The notes under the pieces are model-generated. The model had not been told where the DNA came from. It made no database searches and saw only the letters and a list, made by a program, of their open reading frames with translations. Shown here one piece after another: positions 21,415 to 33,576 of a DNA stretch of 35,780 bases; the first letter of the stretch is position 1; each line of letters opens with the position of its first letter. This DNA comes from Lobosporangium transversale (taxonomy: Eukaryota), in contig NW_019029006.1 in assembly GCF_002105155.1 (NCBI RefSeq), forward strand, positions 496,001 through 531,780. Reading direction: 5' to 3'. A program made the position numbers and the translations under genes.

Positions 21415-22932
21415 TCAGCGTGAGGATGTGAATGATAGTCGCAGCTTTTCCATCTTATCTACCACAAACTCTGCCTGAGTTTCATCATACTCGACCACCT
21501 TTTCAACTTTCAATCTCTCGTAGCCTAATCTCGTGACCCCACTTCCATATTTGTTTCTGTAGTTGATTTCTTCTACAGGCTTCAACGCCACATAGACATT
21601 GGCATAGGCTCCATGATAATTTGTGACCGTCTGGTGGGACTCACCCATTAATCGAACCATAAGATGCAATGCAATCCTAATCATTGTAATCCAAGCAGCT
21701 AATCCTCCAATACCTGAGGCAACAACTCCGGGTTGTGTGGTGATGGAGATGATATTCTTCCTCTCGGATGGACCTACAGCTGTTGTCGTAGGGGAAGGGT
21801 TCATGTTGTCTTTAAGCTCTTCGGCATGTGTAGCCTTAGATGCGGATCGAGTCATGCGCTTTGTGACTGTCGTGGAGTCTGTTGTAGACGAGACATCCGA
21901 TGATGTCCCTGCAGGTTGTTGACCCCACATCTCATTCAGACGGATAGCCAACATATCTGTGACCCATTTGGATGATTCGTAAGGTTGTTCAGCTTTTAGT
22001 CCTTGCCAATCATTGATATCGAAGTTTGCTTTCTCTGCAGTCAATGAACTGGTCCAAATGACTCGTCCAGGATCTTCAGGGGTGTTATTCAGCGCTGATT
22101 CTAATCCCTTAATCTAAATGTATAAAGAGATTGAAACAATCTCAATATTAATAATTCATCGCATGATACGTCGTTATACGGTACCTATTGGATGTCATTC
22201 CTGTCAAGAGTATTAGAACATACCATGACATAATGACCAAAGACATTGCAAGCCAAGACATTGCCGATCCCATCTTGAGTCAAGTGTTGCTTAGGCTGAC
22301 GCAGAACATCGGACCGAACGACCAGGTTCATGGGGGCTGTGAATGTTTCGATTAAGGCCTTGGACCATATGATGCCATCGGACGGTAAGATCCCTGCGTT
22401 GCAGAACAAATAGTCGATCCGAGGATACTGTTGTAGGATGCGTTGATTGAATTCTAGAACGGAATTAACGCTTCCAACGTCCACTAGTGAGATTTCTACT
22501 TTTGGATCCATATCAATGGCTGTCTTTTGAAACTCTGTTCCTCTTGATGATCCTTTAGTGGTCCCATTTTCTTTCTCAATGCGCTTATTATTCTTTTCGC
22601 TTCCTTTGTTATATTCCTCTTGGATCTGGCGTCGCTTTTGAAGTAGAGTTGCGAAGTGTACTTCAAGGCTGAGTTTGGCCTCCATTGCACGGCCCTTGTT
22701 TCGACAGGCAAGGATGACCGTAAGAGGATTGGGTGATTCTTCAACGAGACGTTGCACAATTGCATATCCTACGCCACTTTTTACGCACAGACAAAATATT
22801 TGAGTTAATCACATTTTGGGGGCTGGGACACGATACTATTCAATATTAGTGGAGACATGAATGATATTGATCTTGATCACACACATACGTGTTGGCGCCG
22901 GTGACAATAGCGACTTTCCGTTCAGGTATCAT
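21415..22932 (-). CDS. ERG27: 3-keto-steroid reductase (SDR; ERG27/HSD17B7 family), 431 aa; complement(join(21415..22113,22224..22776,22889..22932))
   Basis: KVAIVTGANTGVG Rossmann motif spans intron 1. Also ILACRN, DYLFCNAGI, CNVFGHY, GRVIWTSS, catalytic YESSK and QPGVVAS. Junction phases are consistent. Confidence 0.9.
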
Positions 22933-22987
22933 CCTTGAGGAGTATTTAGATGGGCACTGTTTGATGAAGAAAAGGCGTATACTTGTT

Positions 22988-23018
<31 letters not shown>

Positions 23019-23746
23019 CAAGGCAGGAAAAAGAAAAGGTAGGAAAAAGAAAAGGAAGAAATAGGATATTTATAGACAAAATAAAGTAAAGAAAGAAAAA
23101 AAAAGCTGTAAAAACTAACTTAAGCTACTTGAGACCCCGAATGACAATAAAAAAGGATGAATGGATGAATGAAAAAGGAAATGGAGGAATCGAATCCAAG
23201 AACCTGTTGTGATCCCAGAATTGAGCCCGCATTGACCAATTGATAAAGGAGATATATATATATATATCGTATGATTTTAAGAAAATGATGCACCTTAGAC
23301 ACGTGTCAACAGCCAGAATGTAAACAACTTAAGACAGCCCAATAACAACGTAACCAGATAGTCTTCGATGTTAATGTACACACACACATGTAAATGTTTA
23401 TGGATGCATCTATGGATATGTTCATAAGAATGTCCCAGACAGCAAGGAAGGCCAAATATATATCATAAAATGTATTTGATGCTGGAGTAGATGCGGTTGT
23501 ATTAACAGTCTGGTTACTATTTTTTTTTTTTTTTTTTTTTTTTCGTTATTTCGCTAGTCCCAATGCTAATGAAGAACTATTGAAAGTCCTTTATCCCAAT
23601 GCTAGCCTTATTGTGATGCCTGAGGGTACGGACGAGTAGGCCTTAAAAAAAGCTGTTATTTATCCTCGCTACAGATATTAGTGCTGTGTTCTTTTGATCT
23701 TTGAAGTGCTAGCAAGAGCCCCAAAAGAAGGTTATCGGTATTTTTT

Positions 23747-24260
23747 TTATTTACTTCCAATGTCACCTCGTACTGCATTCGAGTTCATCAAGTTAGCAAT
23801 ATACTGCTGTAACACTGCATTATCATCCCGTTTCTTATCATGCTCTTCATGTACTGCTGCTACACGCTTAAGAAGGTCTAAGAGGTGGGTCATGTGATGA
23901 AAGAAATATATATCGTAAGTATTTAGTATCCAACATGTTATACTTTATAATGTATCTTGGTAAATGGTAAATACAGTTACCTTTAAGTCCTTCCTGGAGC
24001 TCCAGTACTTTGCTATCAATTCAATTGTCGCAATTGATGTTTCGTGAAGAAGATAGAAAAAAAATGAAATGTCCGCTTTTTAAAAACAATATACATCAAA
24101 ATTGGGCTAAGTTGATGTTAAATAAAAAGGACGCATCTGCAAAGTATCTTACAGTCTACTAATGAATTAATTCTTACTTTGCTAAATCCTCATTTTCATC
24201 CTTGCCATGGATAATTGGAAATGAAGTTGACGCCAGATGGTTCATTGCTCCTTCATCCAT
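23747..24260 (-). CDS. SCOC: Short coiled-coil protein (SCOC/Slo1 family), 81 aa; complement(join(23747..23877,23981..24012,24178..24260))
   Basis: Spliced product MDEGAMNHLASTSFPIIHGKDENEDLANKVLELQEGLKDLLKRVAAVHEEHDKKRDDNAVLQQYIANLMNSNAVRGDIGSK* matches the SCOC signature (VLELQxxLxDLxxRVxAVxEExxKxxxxNxVLxQYIxNLM). Canonical GTAAGA and GTAACT donors. Not in the ORF track. Confidence 0.9.
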
Positions 24261-24726
24261 GTTGCTTCCTTTTTCTCTGAATGAAAGTATGGCGAATAAA
24301 ACAGTGACAGAAGAGAAAATAATCTAAAACGGTCCAACACCCTCTTGCTCAGCCACTCCCACTCTCCTGAGCAGAGGCAAATGTTTTCAAAAAAAAAAAA
24401 AAAAAAAAAAAAAAACTTGGACGCGCTTATTTTTCAGTCCTGAAGATAACTCCGTGGTCTTTTAGTCTGATAAAAAGTTTTTTCGCCTTCCACTCCTCAG
24501 TTTTTTACCCCTCCTCCATTTCACCACAGCTCTTCCCTTTTCCTCATCTACCTCATTCTCTCATACTCAGTTTGTTTCACGTTAATGACATTAGCAGTAA
24601 CAATTGTAGTAACAATAACAAAATAAGGTAATTTTTTTTTATCAACCTAGTTTGGTGGCGCGCTAGTCCATGAAACCCATACTCTCGTGGCCACTTGATT
24701 CATTCTAATCCAATTCTTGACTCTGA

Positions 24727-24771
24727 CTTCATTCTTCATTCTTCATTCTTCATTCTTCATTCTTCATTCTT
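24727..24771. repeat. (CTTCATT)6.4 heptamer repeat in the 5' leader of FUN30
   Basis: Perfect units from 24727, ending ~50 bp before ATG 24823. Confidence 0.95.
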
Positions 24772-24822
24772 AGCATTCACACCTCTTCTTCCACTTAACT
24801 CCTTCTTCAGTAATCCTCAAGG

Positions 24823-27800
24823 ATGAGTGCTCTAGAGAGACTACAGGAATTTCGTTTCAAGAAGGCTCAGGGGCAGATTCCTGCAAGCAGTCGCAACAGT
24901 AATAGCAAAGATAACATAAGCAGTAACAGCACTACTGGCAAACCCCTTCGTCAGTCTAATTCATCCATACCGCCTTCTGCAGCCCTCTCAGGTGGTAGTG
25001 GTAACGGCAGCAACAACAACAAGATCAATAACAACTCCAACCAAATCAAAAAAATTGATACAACTATTGTTGTTGAGTCTGACAATGAACTCGAGTCGGA
25101 GAGTGATCTCGATCTAAGAAAGGGTGTCAAAAGAATGACGACTAACTCGCCTCTTCGCGGATCGCCCAATCCATCGGCCGCATCCACACCCACTTTCCAG
25201 AATGGATCTCGTGGATCATCCTCAGTATCATCATCGCCATTATCATCTGCTCAATCCAAGTACCAGCCAGACTTGTCAGCGAATAAACACGGCAAGCTTG
25301 GTTTCAAAAAGCTGGTTACATCTTTTCGTTACACTGGCAATGATGCGCTACCACAGCCACCTTTTGACAGTGATAAGAGCTTGAGTAGTCCTCAACCCAG
25401 CGACAATGAGGTCGTCCAAGATGACAGTGACGATGTCATCATGCTTGATTCCTCTGCTTCGAGACCTGTCAACAATAATAATAAGTCGTCTTCATCTTCT
25501 AGTAACACAAAAATCAAGAGAACAATACTTAGTAGTGATGATGAGATGGTTCCAGAGACGAAGCCGAGAAGGCGACTTGTGCGCAAAGGCGATGTTCCAG
25601 AGACACCTAAACGTCGTCGACTAATCAAGCGGACGATGCTAGGGTCGGATGATGATGATAATGACGATGACGGAACAGGACAAACCACACGATCCGGCTC
25701 TACCACAATTCAAATCTCGGATGATGACAGCATCGGTGACAGCTTATCAGATCTGGATTCGAATCTTGCCAAATTGCAGACGACGTTTCCAGATACGCCA
25801 TTTAACACCATTAAAAAGGCTTTGATGGATACTGGTGGTGACTTTGCAAGAGCTGCCAGCAACCTTGTCACCATGTCTGCAACAGAACTTCTTGATCTCA
25901 CAAATGATTCACCCAAAAATGCTCCGCTCTCCTCGTATCATCAAGTCAGCCGACTTCATAAACCACCGACCAATTCTTCATTCAAATCATCATCAGGATC
26001 CATGTCAATACCAGCAAAGAAGAAGAAAAAGAAGCCTGCCTACAGCTCAGATGACGACAGGTTTTCGTCTGATGGTGGTTTTGATGATGATGGTCCTAAT
26101 GTATATAAGGCACAAGATCGTAAAGAGGAGCGCGCGTTGCAGTTCTTCAATGAGGCAGGCATGTTGGAATTGCAAGAGTTGACAGGATGTTCCAAGACAC
26201 AAGCAACGGGTGTAATTGGTTTACGTCCATTTGACAACTATGATCATCTTTGTGTAACCCTCCGTAAGACTAAGGGTGTGGGCGAAAAAATGGTGAACAA
26301 CTACCTGACGACCACAGATGCCATTCGTGCGGTGGACACAATGCTCAAGACAGTTGATCGAGTGCGTGAGGATTTAGCTAGCACACTGAGCGTTTGGTGT
26401 GGAGGCGAAAACGGAAAGCTCTTTGGAAGTCCTCAGAACTTAAAACTGGCTGAACGCAAAAGCGAAGATAGCAAAAAAGAAGGGGATAAGGACGTTGAGG
26501 ATGGGGAAGACGAAAGTCCTGGCATGGAACTGCTTGAGCTGGATGCAGATAAGCTTGAGCAGACTGAGGAAGGCAGAAAGGCGATGAAAGGATTCATCCG
26601 TCAGCAACCTAGTAACATGGCGCCCGGATTTCAACTTAAAGGTTACCAACTTTTGGGAGTTAACTGGTTGGCTCTTCTATGGCGCAAAAAACTGTCTGGC
26701 ATTTTGGCGGACGAGGTGAGATGATTTTTTTTTTTTTTTTTTTTTGGATAGTACTCAATAACAGTTATGCTCATTGCAACTTACAGTTTGTAATGAAACA
26801 CACCCTTCATAACCCATAGTACTTGGTATATTGACCTCGTATTTTGCTTTCTTCTTTCATTTTCCTTTGTAGATGGGTCTGGGAAAAACGGCGCAAGTGA
26901 TTGCATTTTTGGCACATCTCCTTGAGAATGGAGAGGAAGGCCCATTTTTGATCATTGTACCATCCTCAGTGTTGGACAACTGGCTCCGGGAGTTCGCAAA
27001 CTTTTGTCCCAGCATTAATGTCAGATGTTACTATGGATCTCAAGCAGAGCGTGAGGAGATGCGATATGATTTGGAGGAGGATAACTCTTATAATGTCATT
27101 GTCACGACCTATGCCATAGCCACAGGCAACAATGATGAACGCAAATTTTTGAATCGCCGTCGATTCAAGGGTATTGTTTTAGATGAAGGCCATATGCTCA
27201 AGAATTGTACAAGTGCACGGTACAAGCAATTGATGTCGATCAAGACGCCCTTTCGGTTACTCTTGACGGGAACGCCCTTGCAAAACAACTTGGAGGAGTT
27301 GTTGTCACTCTTGATCTTTATCATGCCTGATTTGTTTTCGGAGCACGAAGAGGTATTGCGAACCATGTTCAAAGTCAAGACCGATGCTAATAGCGAAAAG
27401 ACTACACTGCTTTCACAGGAGCGTATTGTTCGAGCACGACATTTGCTGGCACCGTTTGTATTAAGGAGGAAGAAAATGCATGTGATTAGTATGCCGCGTA
27501 AGGTGCAAAAGATCATTTTTTGCGACTTGCATCCAGATCAGAGGGTTCTTTATGATCGGATCATGGCCAGTTCTGCGATGCAGGAGGCATTAGCTGACGG
27601 TGCGGAAGACGGTAGCAGTACGTTAGACCCGATTGAGCTGGACGGCCTCGACCCCAAAGCCCGCGCGAAGGCATTGAAGAAAGTCGAAGCAGCCAAGAAG
27701 AAGAAGATAGCAGCAGCATCTACAAAAAAGATGAAGGACCAGGTGGCGAATATGTTGATGCAGATGCGCAAGGCTGCAGATCATCCGATGCTGTTCAGAG

Positions 27801-28472
27801 AGCTGTACACAGATGATAAAATCAAGAAGATTGCTAAAGCGATCACAAAAGAGGTTGAGTTTTGTGACTCGAATGTAGATTTGATTGAAGAGGATATGAC
27901 GGTTATGACAGACTTTGAAATCCATCGGATGTGTAAGCAATACAAGGTAAGGAAATCCAAGTGGGAAAGGGAGAGGAAGGCTTCAAATGAGAAGAATTTC
28001 CATTTTGGTTTTAGTTACTATCTAACACCTTCCTTTTTTTTTTTTTATTTATTTATTTATTTATCGGCTTCATGTAGAGCATCAATAGGTTTGCTTTACC
28101 AGGGGATCAATGGATGCATGCAGGCAAAGTTAAGGTGTTGGAGACACTACTGCCCAAGATTATTAATGAAGAAAAGTCGCGAGTGTTGATCTTCTCACAG
28201 TTCACGATGGTACTGGATATCCTCGAATCGATCCTTCAGACCATGAAGCTAAAATATCTGCGGATGGATGGACAAACCAAAGTGGATGAACGTCAGCCAT
28301 TGATTGACTCGTTTAATGAGGATGACAGCTATAAGATCTTTCTGTTGTCCACAAAGGCTGGTGGATTCGGTATCAACTTGACAGGAGCTAATGTTGTGAT
28401 CATGTATGATCTTGATTTCAATCCTCACAATGATAAGCAAGCCGAAGACCGTGCTCATCGTAAGTTTTAGCT

Positions 28473-28506
<34 letters not shown>

Positions 28507-29119
28507 CTGAGGGCAAGACTCTGGAGAAGCTAAATGTTTAAATACTTTTTCCCTTTGTTGTGGACTTTGCTTAGGTGTGGGTCAGACAAGAGATGTGGAG
28601 GTAATTAAGTTGATAGCCAAAGGTACGATTGAGGAACAAATCTACCAACTCGCAAACCTCAAGCTGAAGCTGGATCAGCATGTCAGTCAGGATGAAAGTG
28701 GAGGATCAATGCTGACATCGGAAGCATCATCAGGTTCTTCGACCCCAAGTGCTGGAATCTTGAGTTTGCTCAAGCAGAACTGGAGAGCAACTCTCAATGC
28801 AGCAAAGGCCGGGCAACAGCAACAACCGGAATACTCAAGTAGCAGTAGTAATGGTGCCATAGACACAACACTGTCGTCGATATTGGGCCAGAAGGTGCAG
28901 GAACAAGTTGAGAATGGGATGGATGATCAGGCCATGAATAGTGAAGGAAGAAGCAACAGTGAGGATAGTAAATCAAGAAGCACCACTTCTACTGTTGCTA
29001 CTACATCCACAGTTGCGAAAGCTGATGCATCGAACGCAAAGGATAAATCATCAGCATTTTCGTCCAGAAGGTCATCATTGTCATCATCATCATCGTTATC
29101 ATTACCAGATAGTCCATAG
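24823..29119 (+). CDS. FUN30: SNF2-family chromatin remodeller, Fun30/SMARCAD1 subfamily, ~1297 aa; join(24823..26715,26873..27946,28078..28459,28575..29119)
   Basis: GILADE|MGLGKT, DEGH box, LLLTGTPLQNNLEEL, RVLIFSQFT, LLSTKAGGFGINL and NPHNDKQAEDRAHR|VGQ. CUE-like segment LQTTFPDT...IKKALMDTGGDFARAASNL. DEGH together with CUE points to the Fun30 subfamily. Confidence 0.93.
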
Positions 29120-29386
29120 ATTTTATCGCTAAAATAACAATTTAGTAATTTTTATATAAATCTCCATGCGTATTCGTTAATTAAAATCATTAATGCTACT
29201 TTTTCAAATAAAAAAAAAAAAATTACCATTTTCCAACACCGAGGCAAAGTTCTTTCCTTTCTAATGTCCTTGTTTAGCAATAAGGGTGCATATGCAAGAT
29301 TTTTAATAAGAATAAAGAAAACGCCTTTTGATTTTCACTGGGATACATGCTCATGTGTATGAAAAGAGCAAGAGACGTGACATGGG

Positions 29387-29412
29387 ATGTGAATGTGAAT
29401 GTGAATGTGAAT
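29387..29412. repeat. (ATGTGA)4 microsatellite
   Basis: Read directly. Confidence 0.85.
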
Positions 29413-29532
29413 ACAAAGAGTGGGTTCTTTGATTGTTGTACAAATGCACAAGAGCAAAAGTATAATGAAGAGACAATCACTTTCCTCTTTGAGCAAGTCA
29501 GTGCTTGAGGATACTGTGAATTAACACGATTG

Positions 29533-29563
<31 letters not shown>

Positions 29564-30159
29564 ATACTAGTTTACGGGTTTTCGAACCCGGCTAAGGCGT
29601 TTTTTTTTTTTTTTTTTCAAGGATGAACTTGGACTCGTCCTTTTTTTCCTATTTAGAAGCGTGTTTTGTCTTTACATGTTTAATGCTTCTGTTAAAGTTT
29701 GAGTTTTTGTGCCTTTTCAAGGCAATTCATTATTTGACCAAGAATCAAACGGATGGGTCATTTTCCATGGTGCTGTGCTGAATTCAAAGGAGATAAAGTG
29801 ACATGAAGGAACACAAAAAAAGTATCCTGAAGTTTTCTTTTCTTTTCTTTTCCTTCTTTCTTCTGTTCTTCTGTTCTTCTGCCTGCCTTCATTCATCTTT
29901 TCTCTGCCAATACTTCACCATACATATTCACGCGCAATGCCAAACTCATCCATTGTATAGCACTCACCTTGTCATACTTCACTTGCGATTTAATATACGC
30001 TACAATACTTTAGTATAGAGCTCTGGATATACCTCCTTGGCTCCTTTTCCTCCTCACTAAATCACCGCCATACTAGCAGTTGATCTCCCCTTTCTTTCTC
30101 TCATATTTATCAGCATATATTACATTCCATCCACAAAAAAAAAAAAAAAAAAAAAAAAA

Positions 30160-30651
30160 ATGTCCGCAAAGCCCAAAGTATTAATTGTTGGCGGTGGTTT
30201 AGGGGGCCTTACTTTGGGGGTATTGTTGGAACGTGCAGGTATCCCATATGAAATTTTCGAACGAGCTTCGGTTATTAGACCATTAGGTAAACGATATTAT
30301 TATTACTGCTTGCTGGTATTATGGCTGCTGCTGCTTGTTACTCTAATAAATTACTGAAAAAACTAATGTCTTTACAAACAAAATACCCTTTTATATTTTT
30401 TCTCTTGGAAAAAAAAAAAAAGGATCAGCGCTTTCGATGGGTGCTAATATCATTCCATTGTTGAAACAACTTGGGATCTATGAGGAGTTCATTGACAAGG
30501 CTCTAGTCCGATACACAACTCAGGTCTATAAAGAAAACCTAGAGATCGATTTCGTCCTTGACTCAAAACCTGCTGCAGAAATGTAAAGTCTTTTGAAAAT
30601 CATTACAAGGACCAATCTTTATCCATGAAATCCTTCACTTTTAGAAAAATG

Positions 30652-30683
<32 letters not shown>

Positions 30684-31917
30684 TATTCTTTACCAACGTT
30701 TTTTTTTTTTTTTTTTTTTTTTTTCATTTTCATTTTCATATCCCTGTACATGCATGCATGTATATTTGTGTAGGGGTGGATACGACGGTTACATGATCAG
30801 TCGTCCTGCAATCCATGAGATCCTTCTCAATCAAATCCCACCGCACAAGGTCCACCTCTCCAAGCGTGTTTTACAGATCCGCCAAAATGAAAAGGAGGCG
30901 ACGATTGTGTGTGCAGACAATTCAGTTTACTACGGACATATCATCGTTGGGTCCGATGGTGCCTACTCGAGTGTTCGACAGTCCATGTATAAGGATATGA
31001 AGCGTGAAGGTCGGTTACCGACATCGGATCAAGAGGATCTGCCATATAGTTGTACCTGTCTCGTAGGACATACTCGGCCCCTGGATCCTGAAGAGTTCAC
31101 AGAGTTGAAAACTCCAGAATGTAGTTTTGATTGTGTCTTGAGTGACAATAAGCCATATACGGTAAATGGGCAGTATACTTGTAATCCATTGATTGTTTCC
31201 TTCTACTTTGCATCAAATTATTCAAGTCATCATCGTATCCATTCTTTTTTTTTTTTTTTTTTTTTTTTACCTTCCTTCTCAATACTCAAAGTGGGTGACG
31301 TTTACGACAAAGGGTAATATTATATGTTGGATGGTGGTACATCATCTCAATAAGGTTACTTCAAAAGCAAATGATAGTTTCCGAAATTCAGAATGGGGAC
31401 CTGAAGCAGCCGAGGTTATGTGTAAAGAAGTACGCGATTTTCCAATTTCGGGTGTCAATGTCGGACCAGTTTCTTGCACAAGAGAGGATTCAGATATAGA
31501 TTCTGACACAAATCTTGACAAAATCAATACCGGTACCAATAACAACGGCAACAGTTTCCATAAAAAGGAACAGACGCAGCAAAAGAAAAAGACAAGGACT
31601 TTGGGGGATTTGATCGATCGGACTGACAGAGAGTTGATCTCAAAAGTGATGCTGGAAGAAAAGATCTTTGAAACATGGTATGATCGACGGATTGTTCTGA
31701 TAGGTGATGCATGCCACAAGATGAATCCCTCAGGAGGTCAAGGAGCCTTGAACGCGATGCAAGATGCTATTACACTGGCGAATTGGATCAATGTGCTGAG
31801 ATCTAATGATGTCAGTGATATGAACAAGATATTTCAAGAATACAAACGAGAACGGTACCCCCATGCTATGGATGCATTTGAAAGCTCCAAAATGTTTAGC
31901 AAGATCATTGAAAAGGT

Positions 31918-31948
<31 letters not shown>

Positions 31949-32566
31949 GATAACAATAATAACAATAATTACAATAGCAATGATAACAAAAAGCCCCTCC
32001 TCCTCTTCTAATAATGGTTTTTGGTCCTGCTCTAACAGAGCATTTCAGGGAGAATTGTTCGCTTCATTTCGCGTCATATGCCACGTTGGCTATGGATGAT
32101 GGCGCTTCGCAAAATGGCTTCAAATCGTCCACAGGTAGCATTTCTTCCCAGGATTGAAGATTACGGCACAGTCAAGCCTGTAGACCAGCCATCCCTGTAC
32201 AAGACCCGTACTACAGTGCCTCCGCCCAAAAAGAGGCGCCGTCGTCGCATGGATGACCATCTGGAGAGCAATAGCGATAGTAATAGTGGTAGTGTTGAAA
32301 ATAAGAATCATGGGTTAGGGAAAGAGGCGGATGCAGCAGCGGGAGTTGGAGTAGGAACAAGAGAAGGTGCAGAAGTAAAGGAGATGAATGGTGCCAGTGT
32401 ACCAATAACTGGAAAAAGCTCGATGACTACAACAACGGCATTAATAGCCAGGACTGATAGCAGGTCTGACAGCTGTAGTAGCGATAGTAACAATAGCAGT
32501 GGTAATAGCAGTACCATTGCCTCGAATGGAGATGATAGACATGACTCAGATGAGCATGGCAGCTAG
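30160..32566 (+). CDS. FAD-dependent monooxygenase (group A, FAD_binding_3 type), paralog 1, 608 aa; join(30160..30286,30423..30582,30774..31161,31292..31915,32039..32566)
   Basis: GxGxxG (VLIVGGGLGG), DG motif (IVGSDGAYSSVR) and GD motif (LIGDACHKMNPSGGQG). Four introns at the same positions and phases as in the downstream paralog. Confidence 0.92.
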
Positions 32567-32764
32567 GGTGGAAACACAAACGAAATCAGGAGTGGACAAC
32601 TAAAGCAACGAGTTGCAGTTACAAACCATGCATCTGAATGATACAATAAAAATATTTATTAAAATAAGGAAATGGGTTTAAAAAAAAATGCGTTCAAATC
32701 CTATGCTCATTCATTTAGATCTACAAACCTTTCAAACATCGATTAACTGCATAACATTGAACGC

Positions 32765-32799
32765 ATTTTATTTTATTTTATTTTATTTTATTTTATTTT
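32765..32799. repeat. (ATTTT)7 microsatellite
   Basis: Read directly; lies between the two monooxygenase genes. Confidence 0.9.
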
Positions 32800-33261
32800 T
32801 TTTTGGATGAATGAATGAATGGAATGCTTACGTTTATTTCAAATAACCCCCTCTTTCAAATACATCCAATAACGAGATATAGATAAATAAGCAACCTCAT
32901 CATAAAAACCATGTCAAGAAAAAGAGAAAGGAGACAAGGATCCCTTCTCACTCATGACAGAAGCTTACACCCAAGGTAACAAATTATAATTCAGCCCCAA
33001 GAGCAAATTTCCACTGGTATTTAATTCAATTGGAGATCTGTTACACAGATATTAGGTTTTTTTTTATTATTATTGCAAACAGGAAACTTGGACGAAAGAG
33101 AGAGAATGAAGATGACATTACTCATCTTGGGGTCATTCGTTCATGCCTTCGTGCTTGTGTTATTTCTTTTTCTTTTACATTTCTTCTTTTTATCATCTTT
33201 TTTTCTTTCTTTCTTTCTTTCTTTTTTTTTTTTACTGTCAACATTATACACGTGCGAATAA

Positions 33262-33450
33262 ATGTCGGCAGAACATCCTTTGATCAAATCAGTTGGCAAA
33301 CCCAAGGTTCTGATTGTGGGCGCCGGTATCGCTGGACTCACATTAGCCATTCTCCTTGAGAAAGCTGGTGTTCCATATGAACTCTTTGATCGTGTGACAG
33401 AAATCAAACCTTTGGGTAAAACTAGCGCATTCATGTTTTCAAGATGGCAA

Positions 33451-33485
<35 letters not shown>

Positions 33486-33544
33486 ACATTTTTTAACGAT
33501 CTCTTTGACTGACTTCAATTATGATTTGATTGTGTGCTTTGTTC

Positions 33545-33576
<32 letters not shown>

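Noticed and set aside
23183..23250. tRNA-like stretch on - (TCAATTGGTCAATGCG...AGGTTCTTGGATTCGATTCC)
   Set aside because: No acceptor stem, a broken T-stem and an imperfect B box; at best a relic. tRNAscan-SE would settle it.
6822..32517. Many antisense or alternate-frame ORFs inside the subtilisin, PH, Nudix, ERG27, FUN30 and monooxygenase genes, plus poly-K/poly-F ORFs
   Set aside because: Shadow ORFs produced by codon bias, low-complexity sequence or homopolymer runs.
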